A DNA stretch of 64,000 nucleotides. Source: Macrostomum lignano (taxonomy: Eukaryota). The position numbers were made by a program, and so were the translations under genes. Positions 22,302 through 34,100 of this stretch are shown piece by piece. The stretch spans positions 248,001-312,000 of the forward strand of contig NIVC01000376.1 in assembly GCA_002269645.1 (NCBI GenBank). Direction: 5' to 3'. Within the stretch, counting starts at the first letter, position 1. Every line of letters begins with the position of its first letter. The notes beneath the pieces are model-generated. The model did not search any database. It was not told where the DNA came from and was given only the letters and a program-made list of their open reading frames with translations.

Positions 22302-25300
22302 ATGTCTACAACAATGGCCATCAATCAACATAACAATGACAAGGCAATTGAAAAAGTATTTGCTGATGCAGAAAAAAATGGCTGTCTAAAGTTGTCAAAG
22401 AAAAAATTAAAGTTATTGCCTGCAACAATTGGTGGCTTTAATCTATTTGATCTGCTACATGTTGGTAAGATTATGTATTATAAATTGTATCATACAGTAG
22501 ATACATGTACCAGCTCACTTTTGAAATAAAGTTGAAGTTTTAATTTTAAGTTTTTTAGTAAATACATCATCTTAATGACATTGATTTCTTCCTTTTAGAT
22601 TTGTCTAACAACCGGTTTACTGAGTTTCCAAAGCACTTATGCAGCTGCCAGTTTGTACAGTGCATTGATTGTTCACACAACTCAATTCGGTCAATTCCTG
22701 ATACATTTAGACTGCTTCATAATCTTCAACAATTAGATCTTAGCTACAATTGTCTTACACAATTTCCTTCTATCATATGTGAGCTAAGATCATTACAAAT
22801 TCTAATATTGAATAGCAATAAGCTTGTAGAATTACCTCATGAGTTAGGTGGATTAACTGAGCTTGTACAGTTGGTAAGTGATTTGCTTAATATTGCTACA
22901 TTAGCCATGATTGTTGTTCTAAAAAAGTTTTTTGTTACCTAAATTTTTTAGGAGGCCAGCAACAATGCCTTGCAAACAGTGTCACCTCGTTTATCTAGTA
23001 TAGATAAACTTCGAGTGCTAAAATTGCATAATAATAAACTGATTACAGTTCCCAGTGGTAAGTAATGTTTTACTTTGGTTAAAATTTATGTCAAGCAAAC
23101 GTTAGTTATCTAAGAATTGATTTATCACTATCTTTATCACTGCAGAGTGGTCAACCCTGAAGCTGACCTGCCTCGATCTGTCTGGCAATCGTCTGCAGCA
23201 GTTGCCTCACGACTACAGGCTTTTGCATGACACTCTCCAAGAGCTCTGCCTCGACCTTAACCCCATGCTGTCCCCTCCAGCCACTGTGTGCGCTCGTGGA
23301 CTTCGTCACGTGATGAAGTATCTCACCGTGGAGAGCATTCGCGAGGGTCAAACTCTTGGCAAATCTGCTTCCAGAGCTGACAAGCAAATCTACCGCCATC
23401 TGCAGCATCAGCAACAGCAGTTGAACGGTCTGGCGGCTGCTCAGAATCAGAGCGGGGACGCCAATTCATTGTCTTCTTCTTCGGCGAGTTATTTGAGACG
23501 GCTTCGGGTTAGCGCCTCTCCGCCCAAGTCTGTGAGTTTATAAACCATTTGGATGGCAATTCAGCTTTTGACCTGCTTTGCCCATTTGCCTTTCACTGTC
23601 TCTGTGTGTTCTTATTCATTTTGCTGGCTTACCATATCATACCATAACTCTGTCTCTCTCCTTTGACTCCCTCACTGTCCTTTGACTCTCCCACTGTCCT
23701 TTGACTCCCCCCACTGTCCTTTGACTCCCCATTGTCCTTTGACTCCCCCCACTGTGCTCTGATTCCCCCACTGTCCTCTGACTCCCCCCACTGTCCTCTG
23801 ACTCCCCCCACTGTCCTTTGACTCCCCCCACTGTCCTCTGACTCCCCCCACTGTCCTCTGACTCCCCCCACTGGCCTTTGACTCCTCTCCCCACTGACCT
23901 CTGACTGATAAACTGTCTTTTATGAAAAATTATAAGAGTTATAAGATTATTGTAAGTTATAAGATCATTGTAGCTCTATTAAGATCTGCGCGGTGCTGTT
24001 CATTTATCTTTAAAACTCGCTTAGCTTATAACTTTAGTTTAGTATAGATTCAAGAAGCGGTCCCTCTGCCCTTTATTAAGCCGCTAACTTAACTTTAACA
24101 AGTCAACAGAGAGAAAGTCCTACTGCTGCAGCCTCGCGCTTGTCATGCCTATATTTAGAAATGCTTAGCGTATAAACTTAAATGTAATAAGTTATTTATA
24201 AGCTGAAGTGTGTGTTTCGCCTTTTTGTTTTACTGACATCTCTCTCATACTTAGTCTAATCCCTTGTAACGGCTAAGAGAATTATACTATACTGGTTCCC
24301 GTCATGAAACCGTGTTATATTATATGTACAAGGGAGAGACTGCTTGGGGTGCACTATACCCACGGTTATATAGCCGTGTGTAATTTTTATAAGCAAGGGA
24401 GATGAGGAACTCTGAAAAGCTTCTGCCCCCCCCCCAGCTATCAACCCCCTCCCCCCAAACTTTTCGCTTAATTTACGAGTTGATTAACGCCATTTACTCT
24501 GACTGGGCCGCCTGGCTACAGAATTTGCTGAAAATTGGCTTAGAAGGAAACACGAGATGCCGCTCGCGCCCCTTGCGGCTAAATAATTATAGCTTAGCTG
24601 AACTAACTAAATTTATATATCTTCTAAGTTTACTAATGAAGCTCTGTCAGCTCGGCTGCTAATTTCAACAGAGAGAGTTGACAAATAGAATGTATAATAT
24701 TATTTATTAGTAGACTGTTAATTAATAATCTAATTAGTCCGTATAATTAGCATCTTTCTATTCGCCTAATTGATTCAGAAATTATCAACGAATATTCCGT
24801 ATAAAATCTCAGTCGAAATTATTTTAAAAAATGAAAGAAAATCTCCCATGAGATTCTCCCTCCAATCAAAATCTCTCATGAGATTCTCCCTCTAATAAAA
24901 TTCTCCCACGAGATTCTCCCATGAGATTCTCCCTCCAAAGAAAATCTCCCACGAGATTCTCCCTCTAATGAAATTCTCTCATGAGATTCTCCCTCCAACA
25001 AAATTCTCCCACGAGATTCTCCCTGCAATGAAAATCTCCCATGAGATCTTCCCTCCAATGAAATTCTCCCATGAGATTCTCCCTGCAATAAAAATCTCCC
25101 ATGAGATTCTCCCTCTAATGAAATTCTCCCATGAGATTCTCCATCCAATGAAATTCTCCCATGAGATTCTCCCTCCAATGAAATTCTCCCACGAGATTCT
25201 CCCTCTAATGAAATTCTCATATGAGATTCTCCCTCCAATGAAATTCTCCTGTTGGATTCTCCCTCCAAAGAAAATCTCCCATGAGATTCTTTAATGAAAA

Positions 25301-26793
25301 TTTCCCATGACAATGAAAATCTTATAGTAAAAGCTGACCTGACTAAAATTCGAAAAATACAAAAACATAATTTATCAGGCCCTTGCAACTCCGGAATCGG
25401 CCTCAGTCACTCCGCTGCAGCAGCAGCCGCCGCCGACGACGACTTCCCTCAGCCATCGGCCTGGCAGCGGAGGTCGCGGTCAAGTGCAGTTCATCGGCAG
25501 CAGCAGTTCCGTTGTGGAACGATTGCAGCTTCAGTCTAGCCGTTTGGGCTCGTCAGTCAACGCAGGCGTTAGCAGCGGCGGCGGTGGCAGCGTTGTGAAA
25601 TCTCTGAGCTTCTCGTCGGCTCTCAGCTCGCACGCTGAGGCGCCCTCGTCGAATGAATCGCAGCAGCGCCGTGGGCCGATGTCGCACTCGCCTTCAGCTT
25701 ATCAGATTGGATCAATTCAGGAGCAGCAGCAGCAGCCGAAGGATCGCGGAGTCGGCGACGCTGCCAGTTCAAGATTGCCACCAGGATCGAGATTCGGTAG
25801 CTGTGAGAGCAACAAATGCACAATTAAATTTAAACAGCCATTTTCGTTGTACTATACTAACAGTAGAATTAGCAGAATATTGCAAGTATTAAATCAATAA
25901 GTATAAAATTTTATTAGCTACTCTACTTTACTGATAAGGTGACGAGGCTTGTTTAAAAAGTTACTCCCGCCGTCTACCCCACAGCAGCCGCCGCAGGCTC
26001 AACCCAGGTGGACACTCAACTAATTGGCCAAATGAAATCCATTCTGGAGCGCCGGCTCAGCTTGGCGTTACCCGACACGCCGGACGGCCTTACTGAAGCC
26101 CTTCGCGACGGCGTGCTGTTGTGCTGCCTGGCCAACCAGATGGCCCCAGGCAGCATTCCTAGGGTGCACGTGCCTCCGCAGGGCGTGGCCGAGCTGCCAC
26201 TGCCAAAGAGTCGCCGCAATATTGAGAACTTTCTGGCGCTGTGCAGGAGAATCGGATTGCCTGGGGTGAGACTGGGTCGGGTGGAGTTTTGGTAGGTTTT
26301 TGGGTGGAGTTTTGGTAGGTTTTTGGGTGGAGTTTTGGTAGGTTTTGGGGTGGAGTTTTGGTAGGTTTTGGGGTGGAGTTTTGGTAGGTTTGTGGGACAG
26401 AGTTTTGGTAGATTTTTAGGGTGGAGTTTTGTTAGGTTCGTAGGGTGGAGTTTTGGTAGGTTCGTAGGGTGGAGTTTTGGTAGGTTCGTATAGGGTGGAG
26501 TTTTGGTAGGTTTTTGTGGTGGAGTTTATAGCTCCTTGTAGTGGAGTAAGAGTCTCTCACAGAGGGTATACTGGTACAGAACATTGAACTGGTAGGGTGG
26601 CTAGAGTGTTGAGGTGTATTCAGCCTTCGCTCACACGTACACCAATCCCAAATGCTGGGCCCGCAAACTCCCGCAGTCGCAGTCCTTCCTGGTCACGGAT
26701 CTGATGTCGGGCCCCAGAGGTCTGCAGCGAGTAGCCAAGACCGTGCTAGGCCTGGAAGAGCTGACCCAGTCTCAGCTATCGCCTCGATCTTAG
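22302..26793 (+). CDS. LRCH: Leucine-rich repeat and calponin-homology domain protein
   Basis: Exons 22302-22464, 22599-22873, 22952-23057, 23146-23531, 25379-25796, 25961-26265, 26677-26793 (TAG). Motifs: DLSNNRFTEFP LRRs, NPMLSPPATVCARGLRHVMKYL cap, EALRDGVLLCCLAN...SRRNIENFLALCRRIG CH domain. Confidence 0.93.
23645..23905. repeat. ~20-bp minisatellite (CTGTCCTCTGACTCCCCCCA)
   Basis: Tandem units in an LRCH intron. Confidence 0.9.
24835..25310. repeat. 30-bp minisatellite (CTCCCATGAGATTCTCCCTCCAATGAAATT)
   Basis: Tandem units; explains the periodic ORFs at 24876-25388. Confidence 0.94.
26275..26525. repeat. ~22-bp G/T-rich minisatellite (GGGTGGAGTTTTGGTAGGTTTT)
   Basis: Starts about 10-15 nt after the LRCH donor at 26266. 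Confidence 0.9.
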
Positions 26794-28656
26794 GAGTGGA
26801 ATAGGATCTCTATTCCAGAACTATGAAACAAGAAGTCCTTGGTTAACGTCAGTTATTCTTTAAAAAGTAGAAATCTCTATTTGCATCTCATAAATCTATA
26901 ATCTGCATCATCACTGTATTTCCTTTGATCTTTGAGCTTTTTGAGCTGATGTACTACTTCTTCTACTAAATCGTAGATAGTAGTATGCCTAGCTGTTGTG
27001 CAAATCATATTGCTCACTTTTTCATTATAAATAATATGAAGAGTTTTCTATTTCCATAATCCAGTGCAAATTGTTGATTAAAATCAGCTCAAATTAAGAT
27101 GGACTCATTCTAATATATTTAATAACAAATGTATTTTTTATTATTATAAACATTTGTTTCCCCAAAAAATAACAGCCTACTTATATTCCCAATAGCTCTA
27201 TTAGTATGATTCGTGCAATTCACAATTCTTATTGTTTTCATTATTTATTAAACGTGCCTTTTATAATATATATTTCTGATAGTAATAGCAATCATAATTA
27301 GTTTGCATTAATTGGTTTATATTACTTGGGCAATACAACCTGCAATATGCCAGTTGATATTTCAAAGCCAATACATAGACTTACTTGTTATCACAATATG
27401 CAGCTTTTCATTTCACGGCTGTGCCTGGTACGGTAAAATTCTACTATTCATTTAGTAAGTGTATGGTCCTTCATACTTTATCAACTAGCAGCATTAGTTA
27501 CTTGGTTTAAGCTCTTTTTTAATATGCTTCATTTAATTGTAACTATTAGAGCTAGATGTGGCAATTAAAATATAAAACATTTCAATAGTATATTTTTATT
27601 TTAAATTTATCATTTTCTGTAATATAATTTGTGTAGAAAATTGCAATTCACTTCACCAGTGCGTTTAATTAATAAATTTTATTCAGCTGCGAGCGAATAA
27701 ACATACTTAATTTGTTTTATTATTATGGTCTTTGTTCATTTTTTACGCAATCGCCGACAAAATTCACTTTAATCAATTTGTAAAATGTTAAAAATATTTT
27801 TTTGAATTTAAGAAGCTACAATGCATGTACCAATAAACTGTAAATTCACATTAAAGCTCACAATTAGAATTGAAAAAAGACGCAAAAGCTCAAATTTCAA
27901 ATTTAAAACTTCTACTTGCAACTTGCTAGTTTATTATAGCTCGTGTATTTAAATAAATTCTTCAATTAGGATAAAAAATAACGCCTATATCCATTATTAG
28001 ATATATTGTCTGAAAACTGTGGCATTTTGAAAATAGCAATTAATATTCTCTCTTCGAACTATAGAAGAGAAACTATGAAGAATAGGGTAGCAGAATTTAT
28101 GACGCAAAATTTACTCTGTAATTGGTAAACAGAATTTTACTTTTTTCGTTCATAGAGTTTAGCTATAGCAGCTATTAGCTATTACTAAGAGTAAGACCTT
28201 GATAAGTTGTTAATAGCGAAACATTTTACTATTAGTAGTTCTATAGACAAGTAATTAGTCGATAATTGTGCTACGGAATAATATAATCACAGGCAATCGT
28301 AATGTAAACTTCTAAGTGTAGGCAAACAAGTCATACAAGCAAAAAGAACTAATTTAAACAAAAATAAAATATGTTTTTTTAACAAAACGAAGCTGCAATC
28401 TTTCCAATGACAAAAATAAACGAGTTATTGCGAAAATTTTAAAACACAGGTGAAGGCAGTTTTTTGGAAAAAAATTACGAGTAACTGGTTGAGACAAATA
28501 TTTAACAAGACGCTTCTATTGCACTTGCAATGGAGTTTTTTACCTGCCTGATTTAGTCTGATTATAGAAACAAAATTGGGTGAACGTTTTCTTAAAATCT
28601 AAACCTCTATATAATAGTGCTGCTTGATTTTGGATAAGGGTTTGAGGCTGGTTGTA

Positions 28657-29650
28657 CGAGGGGTGTCCAAAAAGTAGTGATACTTTTAACCGTAGCTCTC
28701 GTTCTATAGCTTCCTGTGATTTAAAATTTTATGAACTGATAGCGGAAAATCTCTTCTACAGACTGCTTTTTGAATTTTTAAAATTGATCCCAGAGAACAA
28801 AAGTTATACCCACTAAAGTAACAGTACCTGTACCATAGAGTTACACAAATTATAGGCTAAGCTTCACGAGATCCATGCCGAGTAAGCTTCGATGAATTGT
28901 TGATTTCGGCTTGTCCAACCTGTCAGCGATCTCTCTAATGGTCATTCGGGAGTCCTCGTCAAGAAGATTCAGAATGGAGTCCGCCAGTACATCAGGTCGA
29001 TGAACGTATGGCCGCCCCGTCCAATGCTGATCTGCCAAGTCAATCCTTCCCTCGCTGAACTGCTCCATCCATCGATAAACTGTCATTTTGCTGACCGCAG
29101 AGGATCCGTGCGCAGAGCAAAGTTTTGCGTGAATTTCTGAGGCACCATGGCCAGCGCCCCAAAGAGTGAAGATAGTACTTTGCTGAGCAACAACTGAGTG
29201 CACATTCATGTGTGTTGTCGAGTATGGGCAATGAAATCATGAACGAATCGCAAAATGCAAGCGATCCTCTGTTTGCAAGTAAAGTAATGCATTTAATGCT
29301 TTATTTTTCTGCGCCTGATCCCGTCCATAGATAAATTTCAGTCAGTCACAGTGAGCAACATTTTGCAATTGTGGTTTGGTATTGCTTAAACAAGACATTT
29401 ATCGATGCCTTCTTAATGAATGAGTGCAGAAGTCAACTATTATAAATTTCGATATAATTTGTGTAACTCTATGGTACAGGTACTGTTACTTTCGTGGGTA
29501 TAACTTTTGTTCTCTAGTATCAATTTTAAAAATTCAAAAAGCAGTCTGTAGAAGAGATTTTCCGCTATCAGTTCATAAAATTTTAAATCACAGGAAGCTA
29601 CAGAACGAGAGCTACGGTTAAAAGTATCACTACTTTTTGGACACCCCTCG
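28657..29650 (-). mobile_element. Non-autonomous mariner derivative (994 bp) with 198-bp terminal inverted repeats
   Basis: TA at 28655-56 and 29651-52. 28657-28854 is the near-perfect reverse complement of 29453-29650. Termini CGAGGGGTGTCCAAAAAGT are mariner-like. Confidence 0.95.
28850..29209 (-). pseudogene. Truncated but open mariner transposase ORF (paired HTH DNA-binding domain only, 119 aa)
   Basis: SKMTVYRWMEQFSEGRIDLAD...GRP...DEDSRMTIREIADRLD; fused to the inverted repeat just before the expected WVP linker. Confidence 0.8.
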
Positions 29651-29744
29651 TACATACATCTAACATCTATCTCCAGTTGTCTTGGACAGAGTGCTGGGTT
29701 TTGGGGGGTGGGGGTAAGAAGTTTAAGTCTATTTAATGACTGCG

Positions 29745-30010
29745 GGTAGAAAGGAAGTCAATATCACAGACCAGTTCTGCGGTCAATATAGATAGGCAAT
29801 CCAGCTAATCTAAAAATAGATACGGGTATGTACATGCCCAGTGGACTAGGGATAGAAAGGAAGTCGATATACGAGCGTAGATAGCAATCTAGCCGATCTA
29901 AAAATAGATAAGGCATGTACATTCCCAGTGGACTGCTATTGAAAGCAAATCGATATAGATTCAGCTGATTTTGAATTTAATAGGACAGCGTACATTGCCA
30001 GTTGGCTGGG
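29745..30010. repeat. Degenerate ~80-105-bp tandem triplication
   Basis: Blocks TAGAAAGGAAGTC(A/G)ATAT...ATCTAAAAATAGATA...GTACAT(G/T)CCCAGTGGACT repeated with divergence. Confidence 0.6.
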
Positions 30011-31171
30011 ATGGGCGTAGGAAGATTAGATAGGAAAGTTCAATTGATGTACACAGACCGAATTAGACGCGCTATATGCATAATTAAACGATAAGATCAG
30101 GCATACTATTAAATCGATAGGTTTTTAACCAGGCAACTACACAGTCGCCACTTCTATAATAACTTATCAAGCTAAATAATTTTAACAAAAGCACAAATTG
30201 AGCATTGTACGATGTTGAGGTTTGCTTCTAAAAAATAGTATTCAAATTTAGAAAATAACGGAATGGTGACGCAAATTTGCACAAGATAGAGAGAAAAGCA
30301 GAAAGAACCTACATAGAGACAGCTGATGTAGCATTAAATGTATAAATATTATATTGTCGCTGCTATAGTAAGGTAGAAATTTAAATTTACGAATCATCGT
30401 TATTAATAAAATATTTACTTAATAAAAACGGTAATGAACTAGGAAAAGCAAATAAAAGAAAAATAGAGTTGAATTTCGCTGAATAAATAATTAGCACAAT
30501 AGCTGTGCCTCCATTGTACTACTTATTACATTTAGTAATAGCATAAAGCAAAAAAGGCGAAAATCAATCGCGAAAAGAACACAAGGAAGAAGAATTACCT
30601 GAATGAAAAGGTACTTTTAGCATGCTGCTAATTAACAGAAAGGAACATAGGCATTTAGCCTAAGAATCGTCCTAATCTAAATATAGTTTTTCTATACATA
30701 TCGGCGAAAACTCTCCAAATTTTGAAGTTTTTTCTAAACACAGTTATTGGCCTAAAAAGTATTAGCTGACCGAAATTAATTGAAGGAAAAATTAGGGATT
30801 TAAAAAATTTTTAGTACCAATAATCTTAAATTGTTTCTTAGCAAAACTACTGTTAGTAATATGTACGAGCCCTCACGTTTGTACATTAATGAGAATATAA
30901 AAACCCTAAAATTACTATTTCGTCGAGGCTTACATTTCAATTACAAGTCTAATAAAGCGTGAATGAAAATACTGAACTCACTAAAACTGAAAAAAGGGAA
31001 ATTTCTAAATAATAAATCATATTTTTAATGACACTGTAGAGACAGAGCTTAGTATATTCAGTCTAAATAAATCTACAAGACCAAGCAATGATAAAGAAAC
31101 ATAAAATGTTTGTTTTCGAATTTTTGATTTGCAAAAAAACTTTGTTTAACCGAAAAATAAGTTTTTAAATA

Positions 31172-34100
31172 TTAATCGCTGCTCTGAGTCTGGTCAGAGG
31201 CTGGCAAAGAGCCGGTGGTCTCTGGCTGCTCCGGCACGTCAGTGGCTGAAGACTGTCGATCAGAGGACTGCTGCTGCTGTTGCTTCTGCTGCTGCTGGTA
31301 CGTGGCCATTGCCCGGACCAGATAGCCAGTCACCACCTCGGTGAATTTTGGCGGCCTAGCGGCCAACCCAATTCTGGCGCACAGAACCGACGCAAGCGGG
31401 CAGAAGCAGCAGCCGCAGACTCATGTTCGTCTGACGTTCGTTCAGACTCCAGATTCTGCTGGCTATCTCTGTTGCTTTCAGCTTGCTGCTGCTGTATCAA
31501 AGCAGCATTGGGCGGCGTCGGCGGCGGCGCATTGTGAAACGAATGACCGCGACGAATCTGCAGAGCGTGTCGGACTTGCCGACCGAAGCTGCGGGACATT
31601 GTCTCGACCTGGATATTGGCAAGGGCGTAGGCGATATCGAATATACCAGATCATTAGAGATGGCGAGTGTAAATGCTTTGTGAAGGTACAATAAAAAGAA
31701 ATTAGAAATGTAGAGATGGGAAAGCGAAAAGGTGAAAGGGGAAGAGAGAGTAAAGAGAGGGGAAAGGGAGGTTGAACAGAAAGGGGGGAGAAGAGAGGGG
31801 AAGAAGAAGGGAAGAGAGTAGAAGAGAGGAGAAGAGAGGGAAAGAGAGGAGAAGAGGGGGGGGAGGTAATGGAAAGGGAGGGGAAAAGGGAGAGAGGAGA
31901 GAGGGAAAAAGAGGGTAAGAGAGGGTTAAAGAGGGGAAGAAAGAGGAAGAGAGGGGAAGAGAGAGCAAGAGAGAAGAGAGAGGAAAAGAGGGTAAAGAGA
32001 GGAAGAGAGGGGAAGAGAGGGTAAGAGAGGGTAAAGAGGGGAAGAGAGGGAAAGAGAGGGGAGAGGAAGAGAGGGGGAAAAAGAGGGGAAGAGAGGAAGA
32101 GAGGGGAAGAGAGGGGAAGAAAGGAGAGAGGAGGAGAGGGAAAGAGAGGAGAGAGGAGGAGAGGGGGAAAAGAGGGGAAGAGAGGGTAAAGAGGGGAAGA
32201 GAGGGAAAGAGAGGGGAGAGGAAGAGAGGGGGGAAAGAGGGGAAGAGGGGAAGAGAGGAAGAGAGGGGAAGAGAGGAGAGAGGAGGAGATAGGGGAAAAG
32301 AGGGGAAGAGAGGAAGAGAGGGAAAGAGAGGAGAGAGGAGGAGAGGGGGGAAAAGAGGGGAAGAGAGGAAGAGAGGGAAAGAGAGGAGAGAGGAGGAGAT
32401 AGGGGAAAAGAGGGGAAGAGAGGAAGAGAGGGAAAGAGAGGAGAGAGGAGGAGAGGGGGGAAAAGAGGGGAAGAGAGGAAGAGAGGGGAAGAGAGGAGAG
32501 AGGAGGAGAGGGGGGAAAAGAGGGGAAGAGAGGAAGAGAGGGGAAGAGAGGAGAGAGGAGGAGAGGGGGGAAAAGAGGGGAAGAGAGGAAGAGAGGGGAA
32601 GAGAGGAAGAGAGGGGAAGAGAGGAAGAGAGGAGGAGAGGGGGGAAAAGAGAGGAAGAGAGGAAGAGAGGGGAAGAGAGGAGAGAGGAGGAGAGGGGGGA
32701 AAAGAGGGGAAGAGAGGAAGAGAGGGGAAGAGAGGAGAGAGGAGGATAGGGGGGAAAAGAGGGGAAGAGAGGAAGAGAGGGGAAGAGAGGAGAGAGGAGG
32801 AGATAGGGGAAAAGAGAGGAAGAGAGGGGAAGAGAGGAAGAGAGGGGAAGAGAGGAAGAGAGGGGAAGAGAGGGGGAAAGGAGATGGGGAAAAGAGGGGA
32901 AGAGAGGAGAGGGGTAAACAGGAGAGGCGAAAAGAGAACCATTTGCAGACCAGCTCAACATCCTCAGCAAGCACTCAACTGTCAACCATTGCTTGCAGCA
33001 CAAAAATCACAAAAACCGATTTTACCTTCCGATTGTTGCTGCCGCCAATTCCGCCGATGTCGCCGCCGTTGCCGTGTCCAGCGAAAGTCGCGGTTGCATA
33101 GGCCGGCGGCATGTCCTCGCCGCCGCTGTCGCAGTCTGGCCGAGTCAACGGCAGCCTGCAGCAGTGCAGATACTCGGCCAGCAGTGCAGCCGTACTACTA
33201 TCAGTAGTAGCCCTGTTGGCATCGTTGCCATCGGCGGCTAGATCGCCGACAGTCGAGGCTCGGCTCCATTTGAAGCCGGAGCCGGGATCGAAGGCGAAAT
33301 GCACCGGCAGGTTAGCGCAGGCTGGTGGTGGCGTCACCAGCGGGACAGCGCTGGGCAGGTAGGCATCGCTGGACGCTGTTGAGGCTTCCATAGGCAGCAG
33401 GGCGGAGAAATGTGCACTGTGGAAAGCCAGCAGCACAGGGTAGGGGCAGCAGGTCTCTGGGCGTTCCAGCAGCGGCAGGTACAGCCCGGCGAACGGGTTC
33501 GGCGCCAGGTTGCCACCGTCGGCGGCCTTCACGTAGGCGTCCGCCACCACCACGATTGGCCGGCGAATGACGTTGGCGGCTACGAATACGTGGATCTCCT
33601 CCAGGCTGCTGTACGTATGCCGGTCGCCAGGGGCTGTCGGGGTCGACTTGGGAGCCGCTCTGCGATGGTGAGTTACAATAGGATCGGTGTACTCAGCAAC
33701 GGATAGTGATTGTGGTTGCTAGGTGGTTATCAAGTATGAAATTCTAAGATCAAGCAACTGCGAATCTGGGAGGCTGGCCCAGAAACTGACACTCTGGGAG
33801 GCTGGCCCAGCAACTGACACTCTGGGAGGCTGGCCTAGCAACTGAGGATCTGGGAGGCTGGCCCAGCAACTGAGGATCTGGGAGGCTGGCCCAGCAACTG
33901 AGGATCTGGGAGGCTGGCCCAGCAACTGAGGATCTGGGAGGCTGGCCCAGCAACCGAGGATCTGGGAGACTGACCCAGCAACCGAGGATCTGGGAGGCTG
34001 ACCTAGCAACTGCGGATCTGGGAGGCTGGCCCAGCAACTGACACTCTGGGAGGCTGGCATCTAAGCCTGAAGATCTGGGAGGCTGGCATTTAAGCTTGAA

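Noticed and set aside
24361-24378. Short hairpin CACGGTTATATAGCCGTG as a Helitron 3' end
   Set aside because: No CTRR terminus downstream and no 5' TC boundary found.
31478-33003. 338-498-aa Leu/Ser/Pro/Phe ORFs
   Set aside because: Reverse translation of the polypurine tract.
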